63,284 nucleotides of DNA from assembly GCA_049604715.1 (NCBI GenBank), contig JBMYTV010000006.1, forward strand, positions 1 to 63,284, written 5' to 3'. The stretch is from Patescibacteria group bacterium (lineage in GTDB: Bacteria > Patescibacteriota > Patescibacteriia > S139-126 > S139-133). Positions 1 through 8,724 of the stretch are shown piece after piece (position 1 is the stretch's first letter; each line of letters starts with the position of its first letter). The translations under genes were made by a program, and so were the position numbers. The notes beneath the pieces were generated by a model that was not told where the DNA came from, did not search any database, and saw only the letters and a program-made list of their open reading frames with translations.

Positions 1-103
1 CATTTACCAAGTAAGATTCTTTAGTTCTTGATGCATAAGTCGGAACGATTAAAGGATTGTCCGCATATTTATCAAGTATTTTTTTGTCTATGTCGATCTT
101 CAT
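1..103 (-). CDS. partial small ORF just downstream of the orphan toxin cassette; candidate cognate immunity protein (runs off the window edge)
   Basis: Minus-strand ATG at 101-103, 10 nt after the stop of ORF 114..914. The frame stays open to the window edge (MKIDIDKKILDKYADNPLIVPTYASRTKESYLVN...). No clear SD. The call rests on position only. Confidence 0.3.
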   Translation of the reverse strand, partial: MKIDIDKKILDKYADNPLIVPTYASRTKESYLVN

Positions 104-113
104 ATTTTTTACA

Positions 114-914
114 TTAGTTGTCACTTATTTTACCTTGTGTTCTATTCCACTTTTGATTATCTGTCACATTATGAAACGTACTAATTTCTCCACTCTGATT
201 TATACCGACAATATTTCTTGTGTTAGTATCTACTATATCTGTAGTCCCTGGCCTCACTCCATCTACCTTAAAGATAGTCTTATTGTCTACTGAATTAATC
301 AGATCATTCGCCCTGTTATAGTAATCGCCAACATCTACAGCTCCAACTTCATCTCCATGTTTATAGAAATGACCCACCAAACTTGCTACATCATTACCAG
401 CCTCACCTTGGGACCATGCCTTACCAGTAAACTTGAATGTTGCATTTTTTGCAAATAAACCACCTAAATTGACTATATCATTAGCGTTATTTGCTACTCT
501 GTGGAAATATTTAGCAATCTTATATCCACGAGCTCCATTCTTAATGTAACCTGCTACGGCTGGTACCGGCAAGATAGTTCCTGCTGTGTCTAGCCCCAAG
601 AATAAACCGTTTACAAAGCTTCGCTCTCTACTAAAGTCATAAGCTGATAAACCAAGAGCTATTAAGTCGACTACCGTTTCCCAATACTCTCCAGTTACAT
701 CGACGTGTTTTAATGGGTTATTACGAGCGTAACTATAACTATTCAAGCTTTGGGGGTCTGCAAGATGAACTTCAAAGGAGCCTCCTGTCATTCTCTCAAC
801 CGCTGCTCTATTACCTACGGCAAGGTGAACTGGATCCTGCGAAATAAACCGTCCAATACTAGGATTCTGGTACCGCGCATTCATGTAATACAATCCACTA
901 TCGTCGTCATACAT
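114..914 (-). CDS. orphan Rhs/YD-repeat C-terminal cassette (Rhs core end + polymorphic toxin domain)
   Basis: The N-terminus YDDDSGLYYMNARYQNPSIGRFISQDP...DPQSLNSYSYARNNPLKHVDVTGE matches the Rhs-associated core of the 2584-aa protein (HMYDSDTGLTYMNARYYPGATGRFLSQDP...NPLYFVDPTGT). Homology continues upstream of the Met (FTGH, to nt 926) and then meets a stop, so this is a 5'-truncated cassette. A unique ~190-aa C-terminal domain follows, with an HFYKHGDE motif. Confidence 0.75.
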   Translation of the reverse strand: MYDDDSGLYYMNARYQNPSIGRFISQDPVHLAVGNRAAVERMTGGSFEVHLADPQSLNSYSYARNNPLKHVDVTGEYWETVVDLIALGLSAYDFSRERSFVNGLFLGLDTAGTILPVPAVAGYIKNGARGYKIAKYFHRVANNANDIVNLGGLFAKNATFKFTGKAWSQGEAGNDVASLVGHFYKHGDEVGAVDVGDYYNRANDLINSVDNKTIFKVDGVRPGTTDIVDTNTRNIVGINQSGEISTFHNVTDNQKWNRTQGKISDN

Positions 915-992
915 GTGCCCTGTGAAGACGCACTATTCAACAACCGACGTAACTATTTTGAGACAAATGAGACACTATAAAAAGAGTCTGCT

Positions 993-1460
993 TTATGTCT
1001 CAATTGTACCTATCGATGACTGTGACCATATGTACTCATACCAATTTTTTAATGTGTTTGCATATAGTTGATTAGTGATCCAAATAATCTCAATATCCTT
1101 GTTCGAATTAACAATTACTACATTGTCATCCCAAATAACTATAGATGAATAGACACTTAAACCTGAAGGGGCATTACGCACTTCCTTATCAATATTTTTG
1201 TAATCCGTATGGTTAGGTTTATCGACGTTTTTTTCATTTCCAAATCTAAGTGACTTAAGATGGATACCTGATTCCTTCCTCTTATGTATATACTCTTCAC
1301 TGTATTCTTCCCCAATCAGATAAACTAATGGTTTATCAACTAAAGCCGTTCTCAACATCTTTTCTTTATTATCTAGGGTTGCATCAAAAACTTCTCTCAG
1401 ACCGTTTGATCCTGTTAGAATTTTTGCATTCTCTAGTTGTGAAGATGTAGGTGCTTGCAT
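993..1460 (-). CDS. hypothetical protein resembling the C-terminal (non-HTH) domain of TrmB-type regulators
   Basis: 155-aa ORF. By eye it aligns with the C-terminal half of the TrmB-like protein at 58821..59561 (pattern ...LP..L....VV....VVI....). No N-terminal winged-helix region is present. Confidence 0.4.
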   Translation of the reverse strand: MQAPTSSQLENAKILTGSNGLREVFDATLDNKEKMLRTALVDKPLVYLIGEEYSEEYIHKRKESGIHLKSLRFGNEKNVDKPNHTDYKNIDKEVRNAPSGLSVYSSIVIWDDNVVIVNSNKDIEIIWITNQLYANTLKNWYEYIWSQSSIGTIET

Positions 1461-1468
1461 ATTAATAC

Positions 1469-1500
1469 CGTATCACAAAGCCAACAACTTACCAACAGCT
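1469..1500. repeat. copy A of a three-copy intergenic element (cgtatcaca...CCAACAACTTACCAACA)
   Basis: Shares 'cgtatcaca' and 'TTACCAACAG' with copy C (12708-12747). Shares the 17-mer CCAACAACTTACC(A/G)ACA, with 1 mismatch, with copy B (8985-9012). Confidence 0.6.
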
Positions 1501-1562
1501 AGAACCTGGACTTCCCCCACCCCAGCGGTATGATCACAGCTAGTAAAATAATTGAACTGTAA

Positions 1563-3239
1563 TTGTCTATGAAAAAAGCTGTGCTATATGCCCGTGTAAG
1601 TTCTGCGTTGCAGGAGAAAGAACGTACTATTGAAAGTCAGGTTGAAGAACTAAAGAAACAGATTATTAGTGATGGCAATGTATTAGTGCACGAATATATA
1701 GATGATGGCTATAGCGGAGCTATGTTAGATAGACCAGCGTTAAATCAACTGCGTGCTGATTTAAAAAGTACCATGTTTGATACTATTTACTTTTTAAATA
1801 CTGATCGTATAGCAAGAGATGTTACGTATCAAACTATCCTTATTGCAGAAATACTCAGATACAAAAAGTAGATAATAATTAACGGTAAAGACTATGTTCA
1901 TAATCCAGAAAACAAGTTTTCGTTAACCGTACTTGGAGCTGTTGCGGAATTAGAACGAGCAAAGATTATTGAACGTCTTACTCGTGGTAAACAACATAGA
2001 TTACGACAAGGGTATCTTTTAAGCCAAGGGCACAATACGTTTGGGTATGATTATATAAAACGAACCAAAGACTCACCTGCTCAAATGATACTAAACAAGA
2101 AAGAAGCAGCTGTGGTTAAAAAGATCTTTCAGATGTATGCCAAAGGCAATATTGGAATCAATAAGATATCTCAATACTTAGAAGAACAAAAGATTCCTAG
2201 AAAATGTGGTGGTAAAGTATGGCATAACTCTACCGTGAAATATATTTTGCAAAATGAAGTGTATACAGGAATTAGATACTACAATACTGAACACTATGTA
2301 CGAGAATATGCTAATCCTATACATGGTATTAAGTATTCTAGTGGTAAGAAAGTATATAGACCAAGAGAAGAATGGATTGGGGTTACAGTACCTCAAATAG
2401 TATCTATTGCTTTGTTTGAAAAAGTTAAAAAGAGGTTTGAATGGAATAAGAAGCATTATAGGAATCCCAAGAGAACACAACTACTTTCTAACCTCTTAGT
2501 CTGTGGTTCTTGTGGTAAGTCTATTGTTGCATATCAAAGGTATTACAAAGAAAAACGTCTTAAGGTAGAAAAGATATATCACAAGAAAGCATATAGGTGT
2601 AGCTATAAAGCTCAAGAAGTTATGCATGCAAAATCTACTAAGATGCAAAGGTGTGACAATAAAGAAATAAAGTCTGAGCTACTAGAAAATTGTGTTATGG
2701 ATATGTTTACTAATACTATCCTTATTCCTAAAGAATTAAAGAAACACTTAGAACATAGTAAAGAAAAAACTAAGGTTGCTCAGGAAAGAATGGAGAAAGG
2801 TCTTAAAGCTATAGACTTGAATATCAAAAAACTAAACAAAGAAAAAAAGCGTATCTTAGAACTATACGCTACAGGAGACTTAGACAGAGATATGTATGGA
2901 AAGAAAAGCTTAGAGTATGACAATGAGATTAACAAGGTGAAAATAGAGAGACATGAACTGATTCAAAAGATTCCAGTATTGCACAAGAAATCCGTAATAG
3001 ATGTAAGTGTGCGGCAGTACTGCGAACTACTCAAAGCTCAATTAGAAAAATGCACTGACTTTGAAACCAAAAGACAGTTTATGTTAGATCATGTTGAGAA
3101 GATTGTGTTTGTGAATGACCATGTGACACTTCACGGATTTGTGCCTGTGAAGTTAAAAGCGTATGAAGACCCTGATCAGCCGAGTGAGGCTAGTAAAATT
3201 CGATTTTGCGTTGAGGGGAAGATAAAAAGGATATATTAA
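1563..3239 (+). pseudogene. large serine recombinase interrupted by a single in-frame TAG (1869-1871)
   Basis: ORFs 1563..1871 and 2085..3239 are in the same frame, and translation of 1872-2084 has no further stops. The N-terminus has the resolvase catalytic domain (VLYARVSS...DDGYSG...DRIARD). After the TAG the frame reads ...LGAVAELERAKIIERLTRGK (alpha-E helix), then a recombinase domain, a Cys-rich zinc ribbon (CGSCGK...) and a coiled coil. The likely true start is the ATG at 1569. Confidence 0.85.
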
Positions 3240-3241
3240 AT

Positions 3242-3424
3242 TTACAACGGGTCACTTGGCCTACCTTTACAATAGTCACAGGTGTTATCTTGGTATGAAT
3301 GTTCTAGCCAAACATTACACTTAGGGCAAAAATAAGCATCATACTTTTCATGATAAATTTGTTTTTCGCCACAACTATGTTTTTCTTCGGCAATAAAGCC
3401 TGGAATTGCTTTGTTTCCAATCAT
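3242..3424 (-). CDS. small Cys-rich zinc-ribbon protein
   Basis: 60 aa with CxxC-type pairs (CGEK...CPKCN...CDYC). It starts 37 nt downstream of the HEPN gene on the same strand. Confidence 0.5.
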   Translation of the reverse strand: MIGNKAIPGFIAEEKHSCGEKQIYHEKYDAYFCPKCNVWLEHSYQDNTCDYCKGRPSDPL

Positions 3425-3461
3425 AACTACAGCATTATTTTCAATTTTTTTATGTCCATGA

Positions 3462-4310
3462 CTATTTATAATTTACAATTTCGTATATAGCTGCTTGAAG
3501 AACCTGCCAACTAATTTTTGCGGTGTGTTCGTGAGGATCGAAGCCTGAGCTCATTTGCTCATGAGGGTGTATATAATTCCTAAAATCCCTTAACGAATGG
3601 CTAAACTTTTTAACATCCTCACCAAGAATTCCTACGTCGCGCCCAACATCAATGAAACTAGATAAAGTCCAATCATAAAAAGGAAGTACTTTATTGTCCT
3701 TATTCGGAGCACACTTAGATTGATTAAACTCTTTTGGAAACTTACTTGCAACTCCAAGTAATATACCTTCAAGAGTACTACCACATAAGAATACAACAGC
3801 TAATGAAGCTTTTGCTTTTAAACACCCTTGGATTTCCTCTATACGTTGCTTGAGTACTTTGGTAATCACGCTATCAAATTCTAGCTCATCTACTGATATT
3901 TCTTGGAAATCTTTACTGATAAATTCATCTTCAGTCATCTCACCTTTATGGTCAGACCCTTGTTCTAAGCTACCGCTTAAGCTCGAGGCAATCTGCTTTG
4001 CCCGTTCTATAAGCGCTTTATCAAATTCTTCTTGATTAAACTTCTCTAATAATATTTGGTTTTCAATATACTCAATAAGTTCAATAATTGAACGAGCGAC
4101 TAAGGAATCGTCGCTCTCTGCCCAAAACCCTCTCATTCTATTTGCCTTAGAACCTGAAGCATAATTATATTTTTCTGAAAATATATCGATATCGAGATTA
4201 TCAATAAAAAACTCTCCTATTGTTCGATCTGAAAAATTCAAAACATAACCACTCTCCATTTGAAAGAGTTTTTCTAAAATCTGCTTATCATTTGTCTTTA
4301 AGTTTGACAT
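3462..4310 (-). CDS. HEPN-domain protein, AbiJ-like architecture
   Basis: The C-terminal region carries an Rx4-6H HEPN-type motif (SLRDFRNYIHPHEQ). The N-terminal region (GYVLNFSDRTIGEFF...SKANRMRGFWAESDD) resembles the N-terminal domain seen in AbiJ-type proteins (from memory, not searched). It starts 7 nt after the OLD gene. Confidence 0.55.
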   Translation of the reverse strand: MSNLKTNDKQILEKLFQMESGYVLNFSDRTIGEFFIDNLDIDIFSEKYNYASGSKANRMRGFWAESDDSLVARSIIELIEYIENQILLEKFNQEEFDKALIERAKQIASSLSGSLEQGSDHKGEMTEDEFISKDFQEISVDELEFDSVITKVLKQRIEEIQGCLKAKASLAVVFLCGSTLEGILLGVASKFPKEFNQSKCAPNKDNKVLPFYDWTLSSFIDVGRDVGILGEDVKKFSHSLRDFRNYIHPHEQMSSGFDPHEHTAKISWQVLQAAIYEIVNYK

Positions 4311-4317
4311 AGTTTAC

Positions 4318-5958
4318 TTAGAAAGGAATGTTGTCAATATCTTCATCTTCGTCAACATTTGCCACATCTTCCTGCTGCCCGGACTCTTCTTTTTTATTGA
4401 GCAAAGACTTGACTAAAAAATCTCTTACACTATCAAATTCTTCTGGAATATCTTCTTCTTTGACGTGAAGAGCCCAAAGATAGGAATCCTCAACTTTATG
4501 ATCGGTCCTAAAAGAACTTTGTGGGAACTTTTGTGATAAAAAGGACTCTATATTACCTGGAATTTCTAATCCCTTATTCTTACTTTGTAGATCAGATAAA
4601 TGATCATGGTTAGGGCTATAATTCTCATCATCACTATCCCAAATTGCAAAATAATCTTCGATTCCCATTAACTTACATACACCCACAAAATAATTCACTC
4701 CGCCCTTTCCTCCACACTCGATGACAGCTACTCCGCCCTTATTTAAATCAATACCCCACTTTTCCGAACAAAGCGTAGACCACAGTATTTTATCCGAATC
4801 ACCCTCTACCAACAAAACTTGCCGAGCAAAAAATAATTCATTCCTATCTGAGTTAAATTGAGTATAAATTTTAAATTGCTGCTGACCAGCCTCTTCTTGA
4901 TTAATAATTGGATCCTTTTCAAGAATAAAAGTACCTTCTTCTTGATTTTTTCTTACCAAGTGAACCTCATGAGCCCTTGAAGCATCAACAAAATTAGGGT
5001 TGTGTGTTGTATAAAATATTTGCGAACCAACAGAAAGCTCCTTAAATGAATCATACAAACTTCTTTGCGCTTGTGGATATAAAAATATCTCAGGCTCTTC
5101 AATGCCAAATATGACATTCCCACCCACTAAACGAGCATAAGATTGAAAAAGCGAAATTAATATAATATTCTGCATGCCAGATCCCACCTCCTCAACATCA
5201 AAAGTTTTCTCCGGAAACTCTTCTTTAATATGTATTTGTAAAGTCTTGTAGAACCAATTCAAGTTATAGATATCTAGACTTGGAATAAAAGCAGTAGCTA
5301 GGCCGGTACTATTACTTTGACAGTTGTTAACAAATTCATCAACAAAATTCTTAAAAGTAACAATATCTTGACTCTGATTAAAATCATTCTCAAGAAACTC
5401 TTTGGGCTGTTCCATTAGTTGCTCAAACTCTTCTTTTAAATCTTCTTCACTATCATATTCATTAACATAATTGTCATAGACCAGTTTCATTAACTTGCCT
5501 AGGAGAGTCCAGTTACTTACACGCATCTGAGCAGATAAATCCCGGTGTGCTGGAATATAAATAAAATGACATTGTTTTTTAAAAACATCATTCAAGTAGT
5601 AACCATCTCCGTTTTTATCGTTTGGATAATCACTCCAGAGTCTAACAGTACACTCTAGCGGTTGGTAAGACATTTCTAACGTAACACAATTCACGGCAAT
5701 ACTTTTTCCATAGTACAACCAAGGAATTCTTTCATTAAAAGTAATTTTGATGAAAATGTTTTGAGAAGTGTCATGAAATAATTCACGGGCTACTTTTGCT
5801 TTTGTGGCCCAACCCTCACCTAATACTAAATCTATAGCCTTTAAGATATTTGTCTTGCCCGAGCTATTCGGTCCGACTAAAGCATTCAAACTATTTGGCT
5901 CAATAATAAGTTCCTTGATTGAACGAAAATTGTTAATTTCTAATTTTTTTATTTCCAT
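4318..5958 (-). CDS. OLD-family ATP-dependent nuclease (ABC/AAA ATPase + TOPRIM)
   Basis: N-terminal MEIKKLEINNFRSIKEL...GPNSSGKTNILKAI (Walker A). ABC-type region IFGIEEPEIFLYPQ (Walker B-like). C-terminal TOPRIM motif VLLVEGDSDKILW. Confidence 0.8.
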   Translation of the reverse strand: MEIKKLEINNFRSIKELIIEPNSLNALVGPNSSGKTNILKAIDLVLGEGWATKAKVARELFHDTSQNIFIKITFNERIPWLYYGKSIAVNCVTLEMSYQPLECTVRLWSDYPNDKNGDGYYLNDVFKKQCHFIYIPAHRDLSAQMRVSNWTLLGKLMKLVYDNYVNEYDSEEDLKEEFEQLMEQPKEFLENDFNQSQDIVTFKNFVDEFVNNCQSNSTGLATAFIPSLDIYNLNWFYKTLQIHIKEEFPEKTFDVEEVGSGMQNIILISLFQSYARLVGGNVIFGIEEPEIFLYPQAQRSLYDSFKELSVGSQIFYTTHNPNFVDASRAHEVHLVRKNQEEGTFILEKDPIINQEEAGQQQFKIYTQFNSDRNELFFARQVLLVEGDSDKILWSTLCSEKWGIDLNKGGVAVIECGGKGGVNYFVGVCKLMGIEDYFAIWDSDDENYSPNHDHLSDLQSKNKGLEIPGNIESFLSQKFPQSSFRTDHKVEDSYLWALHVKEEDIPEEFDSVRDFLVKSLLNKKEESGQQEDVANVDEDEDIDNIPF

Positions 5959-6059
5959 AAATATTAGTTAAACACTAGGATTATCTCATTTTTAAGCTAA
6001 AGAATCAACTTATCCACAATTCTATCTAAACATAAAACTATGCTATACTTTCATAAAGT

Positions 6060-6284
6060 ACAACTGAATACATTCTATCAGTTCAGATCACTTGAACAGA
6101 GTACGCTCAATGCCTGGCCTATGGCAACAAAACAGAGCAGAAAGCGAGACTCGATAGATTTGTAGAAAGACTGTTTGTATAGTTCCAGCCAACGGCAAAG
6201 GAACTATTCTCTCAAGGGCTATAGATCATGATAATAAAACCACTACTTTGGTGTTGTTATTGTTATGATGTATAGTCTTTTTTT
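6060..6284 (+). ncRNA. candidate structured RNA or leader ending in a strong intrinsic terminator, upstream of the ParB-methyltransferase gene
   Basis: Successive hairpins at 6063-6086, at 6179-6207 (8 bp ATAGTTCC/GGAACTAT), and a 19-bp terminator stem at 6219-6275. No credible ORF. The 5' end is undefined. Confidence 0.35.
6219..6284 (+). terminator. rho-independent terminator (+ strand)
   Basis: The arm ctatagatcatgataataa (6219-6237) pairs with ttattgttatgatgtatag (6257-6275) at 18 of 19 positions. Two of those are G-U wobbles, which would be A-C mismatches on the other strand. The stem is followed by tcttttttt. Confidence 0.7.
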
Positions 6285-6360
6285 GTTGGGCATAACATTG
6301 CTAACCACTGTATGGTCAGCTATTTAGTTTGTACAAAATATTACTACTAACTACAACACT

Positions 6361-7671
6361 ATGCCCAATACTAAACTCTCGGTACAGTATGTACCAATCA
6401 ATAACCTCAAGCCTTCTGTATATAACCCTCGTAAATGGTCGAAGGAATCGCTTTCTGATCTTAAAGAAAGCATCAAACGCTTTGACTGTGTTGACCCAAT
6501 TATTGTTAACGGCTCACCAAAGCGTAAGAATATCGTTATTGGTGGTCATATGAGACTTACAGCTCTTAAAGAGCTTAAGCACAAAGAAGCTCCTGTTGCA
6601 TATATCAATATCGGCAGTGTGAAGAAGGAAAAGGAACTCAACATTCGCCTTAACAAGAATACTGGTGAATGGGACTGGGAAAAGCTAAAAGCGTTTGATG
6701 TAGATTCCCTACTTGATATTGGTTTTGACACCAGTGAACTAGAAGACGCTTGGGGTGATGTGCTCGAAACAGAAGATGATGACTTTGACGTAGAAAAAGA
6801 AATTAACGCTATTAAAAAACCCAAGACTAAACTTGGGCAAGTGTGGAAATTGGGTAATCACAGATTGATCTGCGGTGATGCTCATGATCCTGCTGTCATT
6901 AAGAAGTTAATGAGCACAACAAAAGCAGATATGCTGTATTGTGATCCTATCTACAACATTAACATTGATTACAATAAAGGCATTGGAGGTAAAGCTAATT
7001 ATGGCGGTACGGTAAAAGACAGTAAGTCAGATACTGACTATAAAGCGTTCTTGAGTTCTGGCTTACAAAATGCACTATCAGTAGCACACAAAGACTGTCA
7101 TGTATTTTACTGGTGTGACCAGAAGTACATTTGGCTGGTACAGCAACTCTTTGCTAAGTATAAGCTTAATAACAAGCGAGTATGTATGTGGATCAAGAAC
7201 TCACAGAACCCTACTCCACAAGTAGCATTTAATAAATGCTATGAACCATGTGTATATGCAACGCGTGGTAGACCATACTTAGCTAAAAAGCATGTTTCAT
7301 TTAACGAGATTCTAAACAAGCATATTGAGACTGGTAATAGCATAAGTGAAGATATCTTAGACATGCTTGATATCTGGCTGGTAAAAAGACTTAATGGCTC
7401 AGAATACCAACACGCTACTGCTAAACCACCAACACTACATGAAAAGGCATTACGTAGATGTACTAAGCCTAAAGATGTGATACTAGATCTCTATCTAGGC
7501 AGTGGTTCTACACTTGTCAGCTGTGAGCAAATGAATCGTGTTTGCTATGGCTGTGAAATAGAACCAATATTCTGTGACTTAATAATCAAACGATACGAAC
7601 ACCTAACTGGAACCAAAGCAGAGCTAATCAGTAATACCAAAGCTTATGGCCAGTCGAAAAAGAAAAAGTAA
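6361..7671 (+). CDS. ParB-like N-terminal domain fused to an N6-adenine/N4-cytosine DNA methyltransferase
   Basis: ParB/Srx-like N-terminus (VPINNLKPSVYNPRKW...GGHMRL). Catalytic DPPY-type motif as LYCDPIYNI. AdoMet motif DLYLGSGST near the C-terminus (beta-class order). Confidence 0.85.
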   Translation: MPNTKLSVQYVPINNLKPSVYNPRKWSKESLSDLKESIKRFDCVDPIIVNGSPKRKNIVIGGHMRLTALKELKHKEAPVAYINIGSVKKEKELNIRLNKNTGEWDWEKLKAFDVDSLLDIGFDTSELEDAWGDVLETEDDDFDVEKEINAIKKPKTKLGQVWKLGNHRLICGDAHDPAVIKKLMSTTKADMLYCDPIYNINIDYNKGIGGKANYGGTVKDSKSDTDYKAFLSSGLQNALSVAHKDCHVFYWCDQKYIWLVQQLFAKYKLNNKRVCMWIKNSQNPTPQVAFNKCYEPCVYATRGRPYLAKKHVSFNEILNKHIETGNSISEDILDMLDIWLVKRLNGSEYQHATAKPPTLHEKALRRCTKPKDVILDLYLGSGSTLVSCEQMNRVCYGCEIEPIFCDLIIKRYEHLTGTKAELISNTKAYGQSKKKK

Positions 7672-8107
7672 GTCTCAAGTTGTAGAAACCAGAATAGCCA
7701 AGCAAAAAGCTGCAATGCTTGAGATGTTAGAAAGATTGCCTGTGATACAAGTAGCCTGTAAAAAGGTTGGGATCAGTAAAGCTACGTATTACCGTTGGTA
7801 TCATGATGACCAAGAGTTTGCAGGACTAGCAGATATTGCAAAACGAGAAGGAACTACGACCATAAATGAACTAGCTCAATCCAAACTCATAGAACTCATA
7901 AGTCACAGTAATTTGTCTGCAATAATCTTCTGGCTCAAATGTAGAGATCCAGAGTTTACTGAGAAGAAACACTTTATCAATGAGATCAAACATGAAAAGC
8001 CAATTGATCCTAAGGCTAAAGATGCTGTAGACAACATCTTTGCACTCTTTGAAAAGAAAGCCAGAGAAGTTGCTCCTCAGTATACTGTGAGCGATGATGA
8101 AGACTAA
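7646..8107 (+). CDS. helix-turn-helix protein, terminase-small-subunit-like or phage-type regulator
   Basis: 153 aa with a basic N-terminus, then VACKKVGISKATYYRWYHDDQEF (HTH). It overlaps the methyltransferase 3' end by 26 nt. Confidence 0.45.
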   Translation: MASRKRKSKSQVVETRIAKQKAAMLEMLERLPVIQVACKKVGISKATYYRWYHDDQEFAGLADIAKREGTTTINELAQSKLIELISHSNLSAIIFWLKCRDPEFTEKKHFINEIKHEKPIDPKAKDAVDNIFALFEKKAREVAPQYTVSDDED

Positions 8108-8679
8108 CGATAGTCTTCTACCGTCATGGTGTAACTACCAATAGTATTAGCCTCAATGTAATACTCACCTGATCCGTAGAGAATAGTTTCATCCGCGACT
8201 GATTCTGTTGAGTTCATGATTAACTCGAGATCAAAGTCACTTCTAGTATTGTGTAGAAATGCCTGGCACAAATCACCATTACAATCGTACTTGATTTTGA
8301 ACCTACTACCAGTAATGGTAAATGGTTCTGATTTCTTGGCTCCATTACCACTGAAAGTAAATACCTGTTGGTATGACTTTTCTTGCACCTGTGGTTTTGG
8401 AGCTTCCTTGACGGGTTCTGGTTCTGCTACTTTCTGAGCTGGTGGTTGTGCTGGCTCTTCTGTTTTGGTAACAGGTTCTTGATTGCTAACTTGATTTGCT
8501 TCTGTAGTTTCTTGCACTATCTCTTGTTGAACTATGGGTTCAGTATTTACTACTTGTGTAGTACTTGATTGTTCATCATCTCCTGCTGCTGCAACAATGA
8601 CTACGAATAGAAAGAAATACAATACAAACGCCCATTTTCGTTTGTACCATTTCTTTTTTGGTTTATTATTATCGGACAT
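8104..8679 (-). CDS. membrane-anchored or secreted protein with a P/E/Q-rich linker, unknown function
   Basis: N-terminal TM helix (WAFVLYFFLFVVIVAAA), a low-complexity linker (EPAQPPAQKVAEPEPVKEAPKPQVQE), and a ~90-aa C-terminal globular region with two Cys. Confidence 0.5.
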   Translation of the reverse strand: MSDNNKPKKKWYKRKWAFVLYFFLFVVIVAAAGDDEQSSTTQVVNTEPIVQQEIVQETTEANQVSNQEPVTKTEEPAQPPAQKVAEPEPVKEAPKPQVQEKSYQQVFTFSGNGAKKSEPFTITGSRFKIKYDCNGDLCQAFLHNTRSDFDLELIMNSTESVADETILYGSGEYYIEANTIGSYTMTVEDYR

Positions 8680-8724
8680 AAAGTTATTTATTTAATTAGT
8701 TAATTGATTTTGAAATTGAGAACT

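Noticed and set aside
1869-1871. Genome-wide or element-wide TAG reassignment as the explanation for the in-frame TAG in the recombinase
   Set aside because: TAG appears to terminate the HEPN gene of the same element (3462-3464) and the host O-antigen-ligase-like gene (22312-22314) at sensible protein ends. All other long ORFs are intact under the standard code. A nonsense mutation or local read-through is more parsimonious.
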